From assembly GCA_965649825.1 (NCBI GenBank), contig OZ287713.1, positions 341,587 to 405,586 on the forward strand: a stretch of 64,000 bases of DNA, in the 5' to 3' direction. The notes under the pieces are model-generated. The model did not search any database, had not been told where the DNA came from, and was given only the letters and a program-made list of their open reading frames with translations. Numbering within the stretch: the first letter of the stretch is position 1; every line of letters begins with the position of its first letter. The DNA is from Penicillus capitatus (lineage: Eukaryota > Plantae > Chlorophyta). Below, in pieces: positions 11,582 to 21,773 of this stretch. The translations under genes and the position numbers were made by a program.

Positions 11582-13632
11582 ATGCAGTCCCTACCGAAAT
11601 TTTACACTTCGAAGAACCCGGGGTCGATTCACTGTTTCAGGTATGGAAGCCAAGAAAAGACGTTCGTATCCGAACGTGTCCCGCCGTTTTGTGAAAGGAG
11701 TCGGTCTGTGCGACGGGAACAGAGACAGAGGCCATCATTGAGACCCTTTTGCCGCGGCGGTGGCTCAGCAGGATCGGGTGGAAATGGTGGACGGGGTGGT
11801 GGTGGTGAATGGTTTGAATATGGCGACAGCGATGACTCCTCCCCGCAGAACTTTGATTTCTTGGCGGCGCTGACACTCATTTCTCAACAAGACACACCAA
11901 AGATCGTACACCCCTCGCTTCTTTCGCTGACGGTTATGTGATATGTGGCATTCAGCCGTACTATGTGATTGCAGAAGATAACGGAGGAGAGGCGGCGGGA
12001 GAGAAAGAAGCGGAGGAGGAAAGTGGGATGCCCTATGTAAAACCGGCGCCGAAGCCGAAGCCTATGTCTCTGAGTATTCAGCCCGGAGGGCTCTCCTGGA
12101 TGTTGATGCTTCTGCTCGTTTCTGGCGGATTCTTTCTCTGGAGGAGATCACGAAACCGAAACGCAGCTCCTCGTGCGGTCCACACACGCAAAACCCCACT
12201 TTCTGATCTATTGCCTCACAGAAGAGGAGATCAACGCCGAAGCGATAGTCCAGAGCGTGGTGGAAAACCAGACAGAAGCCCATCTATCACAACGTCCCTT
12301 CTTTCTCTCGCCCAACATTTCTGACTTATTTTTTTCACAGAGGCTGAGCCCGAGACACAAGAGACGGTGCAAGATGCCGAACGACGCGAAGGTAGGGGCC
12401 TCAGCCAATCGGTCGTGCAGGACACCAAGGATGGTACCAGGTGGATGCACTCCAGACTTTGATAAAGATCTCGAGGAGCAGGATGCCTTGTTCGGTACGG
12501 AACGAGACGTCAAGATCGAGAAGCAGCCGTCCGGGATTGAATCGGCAAATCCCTCTGAAGAGTCTCTGCCGCCCAAGACAGAGACGCCCCCAACAGCATC
12601 TGAACCTCCTGCCGCTTCTGCTGTGATCCCTCCACCGCCTCCAGATGTCTTACAGAACGCCAGGGAGACAGAGACGTCGATCGAGGCGTACAATGACGAT
12701 TTGGATCAGAAAGATGCGATGTTTCCAGACGAAAGGATGTCCGAGAAGAAAGAATCCGTTTCAGAGCCTGCCTCTGCCCCAGGCATGTGAGTTTTTCGTT
12801 GGAAGTGGTGAATCATGTGTGACTCTGAAAGGTCCCCTTCTCGTTTCTGTTCTTTTGATTCCAGACACACAGAATCCCAAAATCGTCAGACTGGTGTTCA
12901 AATTCATGGAGACGTCATCAACGAAGGAACTGGAAAAGGAGATGTGTGCCAGGTGACAACATGAATTCCCTCTTCATCTCTGAAAATGATTATCTACATT
13001 GCCATTGTTTTTTGATGGAATGGTGCTTGTTTGCTTGTTTGTTTATGCACGGACAAAAACTCTAGTACTGACTGTTAAAAGTGCTCTCGTGTTGGTGTTA
13101 GATGGGTGTTGTCGCCGACGTCGCAACTTGATGAAGGTTCCAATCAAAGCGCCGCCACAGATTTTAGCGAAGCTCGCTCTCTTAACACAGAAGCACAGGA
13201 GATCGATTCACCTCTTTCCGAAAAGGAAATCGAGGATTACGATTTTGAGAATCTTCCCAAGAAGTATGACCTGATCGAGGAAGATCTGGGACCACCTATT
13301 AAACCAACGGGTACGCTCAGACCCCTGCCTCGGATCGCACGTGCCTGATCCCTGTGATGTGACTGATAGCTGTCGATTTTACCCAGCCGGCTTTGTGGGA
13401 ACTCGAGGCACCGGAAACAAAAACCAAGAGTGCCACAACAGATGAGCGGACACAGACAATGCGATACTTGTTGAGCAACGCCGATTTGATGACCGAAGCG
13501 TTGAAGATGATGGAATCCAGCTCGCATCCGGTCGATACCGCGAAGCTCATACCCGATGTTGGATCGATTGGCGGCGCAACGAAGAAATCGAAAAAGAAGA
13601 AATCAAAGAAAAAGAAATCTGCCGCTGCATAA
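11582..13632 (+). CDS. Hypothetical plastid-targeted single-pass membrane protein with an acidic, Pro-rich tail; multi-exon
   Basis: Transit-peptide-like start, Gly linker GGGSAGSGGNGGRGGGG, TM segment WMLMLLLVSGGFFLW, low-complexity exons, and a Lys-rich end KKSKKKKSKKKKSAAA*. Confidence 0.6.
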
Positions 13633-13735
13633 TCCTGCCAACCATCAGTTTTGTTTTCTTATATGCGTGCGATTGTTTATCGTGAGCGAACGAGCGATAA
13701 AGTGTGAGATATATGGATGATAACTCGACATCATC

Positions 13736-14257
13736 TTACACAGTGGGCATTCCGAGACCCCGTTCGTTAAATGTCCCGACGCAGACGATCTCGGAAGGCT
13801 CGACATTCAGATTCAAGATCTTCAATCGAATATCGGTTCCCGCAACGATGCGCATTTCTTTCTCGACCGATTCGAATGCGCCGTCATTATCTGGAACGAA
13901 TGCAAAGGATTCAGGAATGCAGTGAGACCCAACGAAAATTTGCACAGGACCGGCTTCAGCAATAAACCCCGTCGAAAAGACTTCGCGTACGGTGACATCC
14001 AAAATCTGCCCACGGAAAGGACGAAACATGATGCAGTCATAGCGCACATCGAATGTGGCGAGTCCCGTGCCGTCGGGTCGGATCAATCCTTGTCCGACAT
14101 CGCGCAGACGGGTGACGCAGACGCAGTATCCATGCTTTCCGAGACAAACGCCTTCGACCTTCGTCTTGACCGTCGTTTCGATAACAGCGCGCAGCTGAGG
14201 GCCAAAGAACTTCGGATGCACATCAATCGACTTGGACAGCGTCAGGTAATAGAACAT
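13736..14257 (-). CDS. RPB7: RNA polymerase II subunit RPB7; intronless
   Basis: MFYYLTLSKSIDVHPKFFGPQLR..., VEGVCLGKHGY, FRPFRGQILD, AEAGPVQIFV. Confidence 0.96.
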   Translation of the reverse strand: MFYYLTLSKSIDVHPKFFGPQLRAVIETTVKTKVEGVCLGKHGYCVCVTRLRDVGQGLIRPDGTGLATFDVRYDCIMFRPFRGQILDVTVREVFSTGFIAEAGPVQIFVGSHCIPESFAFVPDNDGAFESVEKEMRIVAGTDIRLKILNLNVEPSEIVCVGTFNERGLGMPTV

Positions 14258-14311
14258 TATGGCCGAGATGATGGCGCATGTTGCTGCCACAATGAGGCTG
14301 GACGATGATCG

Positions 14312-15442
14312 TCATTCTTCGTTAAGTATAGGCCGCAGGCGTTGCACAGAGGCTCTCCTGAAAATCGATCCTTGCGCCAGAACGGCGTTGTTCGGGTTCC
14401 GCAATTGCGACACGTCTAGAATAGAACCGTCCGCGACGCAAGAGGCGTAACGAAAGCGCACTCGATTTTCAAACTTCGCCCGACGGCCTCTCTTCGACTG
14501 TGTCCGCTTCACGGGCTCTCTGCCTTTACGTTTGAGTTCATCCATGCCGCCAGGAGATGTGCGTGGATCGATGAAAGGTCTTGGCGAGGCAAAGAACGCC
14601 GGCCAATCCAACGGACCGGCAATCTGCCCGTCACTGCCGATGGATGCACTCAAGCCATTGTACAGTCCAGTGAGATAGGCATTCCGCAACGCCGTCTACA
14701 GCAGCACACATATAACAGTATATCTCAGGTGTTGACCATCTACGTGAACAGCGGCTTCGTTGGTGATTAGATGCGATGCATCACCAAAAGTCCCCGGGGG
14801 TGGTGGTGCATCGATGAACTGCACTTCACCGCTATCGGGTAGAAACACACCAACGCTCGAGGCACTTCCATGGATCTCATTCTTTTCATGGTCTCCTGTG
14901 ACGACGGGAGGAGATAGATGACGGTGCCGTACACGAAAGTCTTGGTGTGATGCGAGTGTGGGTGATGGGTTTAGCACAGAGGGTTGTCCAGCGTGATGTA
15001 GTGGAAAACGCATTTCGCTGGACAGCGAAGGTCTTTCCAGCATGACTGCTGGAGCCTCGGTGGTTTCCGGCGCTTCTCGTTTGATGTTTGTGTACTTCAC
15101 CGTGGCGTCTTCCTGTGCGGCACCAAAGTCGACGACTGACAGAGGGTATGTGACTTCGGTCGGCGTTTGGGTTCCAACGCCGTCTGTTTCAACAACCAGC
15201 GCCGCCGTTTCTGTCGTGTTCGTTTCAGGGTTGTAAACACTTAGCGGTATAGCCGTGTCCGTTGCCTGCGAAGCATCCGTCACAATACGGCACGGAATCA
15301 TTCTCTGCGCAGCGGCACGTCTCGCAAATAGTATGACCTGTAACAAAAAGCCAAAGCTAACACGAACGCAGCGGCGACCGCGCTTCCTTGTTCCCAAGAA
15401 ATTCAGATGGCTCCAAAGGACGTACCAGCAGTACGTAACCAT
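14312..15442 (-). CDS. Hypothetical protein (start uncertain); at least 1 intron
   Basis: Two adjacent ORFs (248 and 125 aa) joinable by an intron near 14680-14725. No family recognised. Confidence 0.55.
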
Positions 15443-15536
15443 CGAAGAAGATCTCGTGATCGTTTTAGTACATTACTAACGATCACTCCAGTCAGCAAAA
15501 AATAAAGAATAAGTGCTCATCAGCAGCGAGATTTGA

Positions 15537-16439
15537 TCAGAGATCACAATCAACCATGGCGTCGTCGACTAACGCCTCCTCCCAGCAACGCGGGGCGACG
15601 CCTGTTCGCTCATGGAGCCACGTTTCGACTGGAGGAAGCACTGTGTTCAAAAAAGGATTCCAGATCCCACTGACAATGCAGTAATTGATGTCAAACGGTG
15701 ACCGGTGATGCCGACCGTGCTCCGTCGTCGATATCAAGATGCCTCTCTCCTGCCAGGATAACACCCACGAAGGTAGATTTCCCTTCTTTGTATGCGACCA
15801 TGCATGAAACTGCTGACTCAATATCACCAACATACATCCCACAGATCCAAAGATCTCCATCCATGAAGGCAGATGTGCCCAAAGCAGGAATGCCGAAAAG
15901 GGCAGTGCAGGAAGACAGATTGTATGGATGTTGTTGCAGAGTTGACGATGCGTGATCGTCCATGGGTAAAGGTGATGTCGCTGAAAGCCATCGATCTGGC
16001 TGCCAAAGACAGGTGTGTTTTTCGTTCCGTAGTTGTCGACGGCCCAATGGTAAACGCCGCTGAGGACATCCGCCGCCAGATAGCCGCCAAACGTCGCGAA
16101 CAGAGCGCCCATCGCTTCATACCAGTTTCCGACGCTGAGGGCGCTACGTCCGAGCAGCCAGAAATTCAGTCCAAAGGTCACGGCCACAATGCATCGCTGC
16201 TTCGAAGTGCTCTCCAACTGCTCGCTGGCCAATTGACGCTCCACCCACGAGACTCCATTCTCTTCGAGCGATCCATCTCCTGCATCAACGCTGTGTGCTG
16301 TTTCGTCGACGGCAGTGCTCGCGTAACGACGGAGCAACGTGCGATGTATCGCCGCGAGCCGTTGTCGGCGAGATAGCGGCTGTGCATTAGCGAATCGAGA
16401 TCCGACCGTCCGGACTTCACAGACGCTGTAACAGGACAT
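15537..16439 (-). CDS. FAD4: Plastid fatty acid desaturase 4 (trans-delta3-hexadecenoate desaturase; TMEM189/Kua His-box family)
   Basis: Transit peptide, then DVLSGVYHWAVDNYG, FQRHHLYPW, SQQFHAWSH, HGRHHRSPFDINYCIVSGIWN. Confidence 0.9.
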   Translation of the reverse strand: MSCYSVCEVRTVGSRFANAQPLSRRQRLAAIHRTLLRRYASTAVDETAHSVDAGDGSLEENGVSWVERQLASEQLESTSKQRCIVAVTFGLNFWLLGRSALSVGNWYEAMGALFATFGGYLAADVLSGVYHWAVDNYGTKNTPVFGSQIDGFQRHHLYPWTITHRQLCNNIHTICLPALPFSAFLLWAHLPSWMEIFGSVGCMLVILSQQFHAWSHTKKGNLPSWVLSWQERGILISTTEHGRHHRSPFDINYCIVSGIWNPFLNTVLPPVETWLHERTGVAPRCWEEALVDDAMVDCDL

Positions 16440-17987
16440 CTAATCGTACAATCGATGATGGATCGACATTGCTGAAAACGTGTTGATTGGACCGCAACGG
16501 CAACATGTCTGTCGGTACTGGAACGGGCGCAGCATCGAGAAGCGTCTCCGGCGACGGCGATGAGGTCGTCGAAGTTGGCGCCGATGGCTGAGAGGGAGCA
16601 GCTTTCCATGGATCTTGAACGGCTTTCTGAAACGCCTCCGATGGAACGTAGGCATCGTTCGTGGGGTGATTTTTCGCGTCTTGCCATTCGACAGCGTAGG
16701 ACGGTTCTGTCTCGGCGTCATCATCGTTATCGTCGTCTTCCGTCTCGTCATCGGATCGTTTCCAAAGGGGTCCCCCTGACCCAGATGCCATCATCCACTC
16801 TTCTTCGGCATCGTCTTCGGACGCGAGCGAAGGGTTTTCTGTTTGGACCGATTCTGTCACGTCAGATGAGGGGACAGCCTCGTCGACAGGAAACGCCTTT
16901 TCCGCAACAGATGTCCAAAGGCCACGCCATCCGCTTCCCTCTTCCGATGGCTCTTCCACACTCGCCCTTAGCTTCCCGTCTGCGTGTATGTACCCTTCTT
17001 ACATATAGTCGTGAGCGATCGCAGATGCAGGACCTGTGGATGGCGGCGGTTCTTCCGATGTTGATCGACGACGAAGAAGAAAGGCGACCAGAAGGACGAT
17101 CCCTCCTGCGACGATCGCGGGTGCCGCTCTCTGAATGCGTACACCGTTCAGCTCGATGCGTCGCCCTCCGATGGACGGGATCCGTCGGATGACGTCTCTC
17201 ACTCGGTTCTGCAGTCCCATCCACGTCGTACCCGATGTCGCACTTTCTTGAAGACGTGACAGTTCGAAGGGTCTCTCTGTCGCAGCACCTTCTTCTTCCA
17301 TCTCGATAGCTTCATCCAGCGACGGAGCGTCTCCCTCAGCGACCTCTTCTGAAATCGATGATTCAGCAGGGGCAAGGACCTCGGGTGACGATTTCTCCTC
17401 TTCTGTTGGATTCTCCGTCGTCGTCACACGGCGCCGTCTTTCCTGCTGTTCGTCACGGACCCCGCGGTCGCGTATCTGCCCCGGAACCGCTCTCTTCTCG
17501 ACGACGATTTGTCCTTCGGCCGAATCCGACAGTGCTGGTGCGTCCATGGTCGCCTCTTTGAGCAAACGCAACAACTGGTCATCCGTCGCTTCGTGCACTC
17601 TATCACAGACAGATCAGCCATCCACACACCCAGTCCTCTGTATCTCACCGTTTCTCGTAGTCTTTCATCAACAGACGCTCCAATTGCTGCCTCTCGACCA
17701 TCACTGTACTATCCGCCGCCGTTGCCCTGTATCCCGCACGTGCTGTTTGTCTTCAGACGCATGCAGATGGATGCACGATACTTCTGCCCTGCCGTCGTCG
17801 GTTCTGCCAGATACAGCAGTGCACTGAGGCCCAGTGCCGTGCCAATCGTTGCGACGCGTTTGACAGCGACTCTACATCTCTGTGCGTCGCCGCGTCCCCG
17901 CGTCATCGTCACCTGTTTGCGGCGCAGCTTCGTTCCTGCGCCGTTAAGCGTACTGCGCGTTCGAATCCACGTCCCCGAGAGCGTCAT
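16417..17987 (-). CDS. Hypothetical plastid-targeted acidic membrane protein; multi-exon
   Basis: Exons at 17709-17987, 16999-17598 (TM AIVAGGIVLLVAFLL) and 16417-16959 (acidic). Its stop overlaps the FAD4 start region. Confidence 0.55.
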
Positions 17988-18400
17988 GACACAAGTCTGT
18001 ACGACGCAACATCGACGACGACAACGACGACGTTTTCAACGTTCACTTCGTTCAGTTCACGCCAAAATCGTTTACCTCTTGTCCGCGAGTTGACTTCGTA
18101 TACGCGTCCATCCATTCATCGAAATCGTGCTTCCATCGTGAAGCCTTGCGTCAGCGCCCTGACCACCGCGCCGACGACGGCCACTTTTTGTGCAACAGAC
18201 AAAAACGACGAAGACGACGTCATCATTTTGTGCGTCGACTGAGTCTCGGCGGAGCTAGCTCTCTAAAGTGAAAGTCCACCGTTTGCTTCCGGAACGTTAA
18301 GGTAACGGAACGCGTCGACGCCGCCAAGTACTTGGGCGGCGTACATGCGTTTGTTCGTTCGCCAGGCCCTAAAGCGCGTCTGCTTGTGCGTTGCGTAGGT

Positions 18401-19693
18401 ATGGAGTGCAGTTTGTGTTGCGAGGCTTTCACGGAGGAGGGTGCCCATGTTCCGCGTAATCTCGACTGTGGCCATACCTTCTGCACCGTCTGCATTGAGC
18501 GTCTCGAGACGCATGCGCCATTGCGTCAGGGTCCACGATGCCCAGACTGTCGAGCAGTGATTCGTTTCAACCGACGAACGGTCCCAAACCTGCCGAAGAA
18601 CTACAAGCTATTGGAACTGATAAGGGAACAGCGTGCTGCTGCTGCTGCTCAGCAACACCACCACCACCAGCATTCGCGTCAGCGACACCATCATAACAGC
18701 CACCACCATCATCCGCACGCGCAGCAGCAGTCATCTCAGCAGAAGACGCAACGTATGACGCCTCCTTCCTCGAGCCACAGCTGTGCCTCATCTGCCATGA
18801 CAACCTGTTCGACGGCAGTGGGTCTACCTGTGGTTCCAGCATCGCGCTCGCGTCACGGAATGATGTACGCAACAGCAGCGCCGCCACCGCCGCCAGCCAT
18901 GGGCAGTTACTTAACGCCACCGCTGATCACAGCTCGTCTGGAAGAGTGGATGCCGCTAAGGCCTGTCCCATCTCTCCCCGATGGCCGGTCGATGCGTTTG
19001 GGATCATTCGGTGAAGACGTGCGTCCGACAACGACGACGACAAGGATTGCAACGAGTGCTTCGGAGGAGACGGTCTCCAGGAATCGAACCCCGTCTGTCC
19101 TCCCTCCTGTCCGATCACCCGAAGCACTGCCTGATGTTCCTGAAGCTGTTGAGAGTGGAAGAGCCGTGACGGGGCCAGATGGCAGACTGGTCTGTAAGTT
19201 CTTTCAAGAAGGGACATGCCGTTATGGGCACAGCTGTTGGTTCCACCATCCCGTTCTCAACGAGAATAAATCGATGTGTCGACACTGGATGAAAGGGCAA
19301 TGTCGTATGGGACTGATGTGCAATTTCCGTCATGGGAAGCTTCCGAGTCCTACTCAGCGTTCACCCACACAACAGCGACCGTCACATCAGCAACAGCTGT
19401 CACGTCACCAACACCAATGTCCACTACCGCCACCGCCACCACAACAACGGGACCCTTCTGCACCAGGACCGAGTGGCGAAGGCCCTGTGCAACCTGTTCG
19501 GCGCACGAGTCCGTCTGTTGTCATTTTTGTGACCAGTTGTGGAAGCACTGTCCATCATCCAGCTCCTCAGGCCAGACAGGAGCGTACATGGGGGAATCTG
19601 CCAACTCAAGCAGGAGCTGCTGGGCGGAGCTTCAGTCCAGAATCTGAAAGATTCTTCGACGATTTTAGCAGCAGCTCCTTTCATCAACAGTAA
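18401..19693 (+). CDS. RING-HC E3 ligase with two CCCH zinc fingers
   Basis: MECSLCCEAF..VPRNLDCGHTFCTVC..RCPDCR, then CKFFQEGTCRYGHSCWFHH and CRHWMKGQCRMGLMCNFRH, with His/Gln/Pro-rich linkers. Confidence 0.9.
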   Translation: MECSLCCEAFTEEGAHVPRNLDCGHTFCTVCIERLETHAPLRQGPRCPDCRAVIRFNRRTVPNLPKNYKLLELIREQRAAAAAQQHHHHQHSRQRHHHNSHHHHPHAQQQSSQQKTQRMTPPSSSHSCASSAMTTCSTAVGLPVVPASRSRHGMMYATAAPPPPPAMGSYLTPPLITARLEEWMPLRPVPSLPDGRSMRLGSFGEDVRPTTTTTRIATSASEETVSRNRTPSVLPPVRSPEALPDVPEAVESGRAVTGPDGRLVCKFFQEGTCRYGHSCWFHHPVLNENKSMCRHWMKGQCRMGLMCNFRHGKLPSPTQRSPTQQRPSHQQQLSRHQHQCPLPPPPPQQRDPSAPGPSGEGPVQPVRRTSPSVVIFVTSCGSTVHHPAPQARQERTWGNLPTQAGAAGRSFSPESERFFDDFSSSSFHQQ

Positions 19694-20498
19694 TCCCCAC
19701 CCATTCTTTCTCTTTCCATGCATCTTGATGCTGCCTCAGTCGATTGGGTGGGATTGTTATTGATTGATTGATTGTTTCATTGGTCGGTCGAAGAAGAAGA
19801 GGATGAAGAAGAAGAAGTGGCATAGCACAGTTTTCCTTTGGGACCGGGACGACTTCAAATAGCGTGACATCACATAAGCTCTTGGGTCTTTTAGTTTTCA
19901 GCCGATACTGTCAAGAAGATGGATGCAGATTTCTCAAGTATAAAAAACGCACCTGTGTACAGAATCTCTGTATTTTCTTGACTGAGGAGAGATGGACATG
20001 TCGATTCTTTTCTCGGTACGTACGTACGTCGTTTCAAAATCCCAGTTAGCAAGCGTCCGTATGCAGATTAGCTTGCCCATACATACCCATGTTATTTATT
20101 TTTTCTAAGGGAGATGATCCAAAAGATGTGTGTGTCTCTACTGGGGGGACCTGGACTGCACATTCGCTGTCATCCTGGAATTTTGAGAAGCCTTGTGATG
20201 GCAATGCTTTTCCTCAAGCTTTGATGAACATCACCTGCACCGCCGCCGCCGCCGCCGCAATCTGATACCGATGAATAAAGAACCAAAGGAGACAATTGAT
20301 CAAAAAACATACAAACTACGAAGAGAAACAGTTGACATCGATGATCGATCGTTAAGAAACGGATAGACAAGAACTCCACGCATAAAGGCTGCGCGATAAA
20401 ACGCATGCAGACCAAGCGTGGTACCGTGGACATGCACATAATGTAATAGTCGGTCTTTGCCCTTACGATGGACAGACGTCCCATCATCCATCAGCCTT

Positions 20499-21701
20499 TC
20501 AGGCCTCTTTACCGTCGGCTTGACGAAGGGTGCCCAGTTCCCTGGGAGCACTCGTCTGCACGACCATGCTCTTAGCAAGAGCTGTCACATCACCCGTCGC
20601 CGCCAGATCCTTGGCGACCTGTTTCTTGATCCAGTCGTACGTCAATTTCAGTCCATCCTTCAGAGAGACCGTTGGCTCCCAGCCCAGCTTCTCCAGAATG
20701 AGCGAGTTTTCAGAATTCCGTCCTCGGACGCCTTCTGGTCCAGGAATGTGTTTGATCGGCAATGTCTTGCCTTCAAAGCCCATCACCATCTCCATCATCT
20801 CGTTCATGCTCACCATCTCGGTGGTGCCCAGATTCAACGGCTCTCTGAAATCCGATTTCGTGATCCGAATGATCCCCTCGACGCAATCGTCGATAAACGT
20901 AAAGCTCCTTGTCTGTTTGCCATCGCCCCACATCTCGATCTCTTCTGTGCTCGTCAGCACTTTGCGACAGAATGCTGCCGGGGCTTTCTCTCGACCGCCT
21001 TTCCACGTTCCGTGTGGACCATAGATATTATGAAAGCGTGCCACACGGCATTCGATACCAAAATCCATATTGTAGTACTTGCACACCTCCTCCCCTGACA
21101 GCTTCTCCAGTCCATAAGCATCTTGTGGCTGAGCCGGCCAGGCATCGGACTCCTTCAACCCGCCACCTTCAACCGTCGTCTCCATCTGCTTCGTCTCCGG
21201 ATAGCAGCAAGCACTGCCTGCATAGAAATACCTAGACAGGCAACGACATCATGATCCATGTGATGTGACTGTTGGCTGTAGAGACAAATACCTTGAGACA
21301 CCACACTGACGAGCGGCCTCGAGGACGTTAAAGGTAATCATGGTATTGTTGTAGAAGATGACAGAGTGATTGGACTGGATGAAGCCCATGCCACCCATAT
21401 CGGCTGCTAGGTTAAACACATGCTGACACCCCGTGCAGACTGTCTTGCAGTTTTCAAAGACGCGCAGATCCACCAGATGAAATTCATCACAGAATTCGGC
21501 CTCTTCAAAGTGCTCGTTGCGTTTCCAGTCACAGCCAACGATGTAGTGCCCCTCAGACTTGAGGCGTTTGGCCAAGTGCGAGGCAATGAAACCACCGGCG
21601 CCGGTGATGCAGATGCGCAGTTTTTCGGCCGGCCAGTACGGTTCGAAAGGATACGTGGCGAGATCGGAGACCGCATGGTACTCCTTGGCGACGGCAGACA
21701 T
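20499..21701 (-). CDS. GME: GDP-mannose 3',5'-epimerase; 1 intron
   Basis: RICITGAGGFIASHL, FNLAADMGGMGFIQSNHSVI, AWPAQPQDAYGLEKL, GPHGTWKGGREKAPAAFCRK, GPEGVRGRNS, ending ADGKEA*. Confidence 0.97.
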
Positions 21702-21773
21702 AGGGACTGTGATAAGGCGTTTGGCGAATGGGGTTGGTGCGTTCGGGTGCTGCGCGTGACAAAGACCTGACAA

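Noticed and set aside
17930-17975. tRNA suggested by GTTCGAATCC
   Set aside because: No acceptor stem or cloverleaf can be formed, and the site lies within a coding exon.
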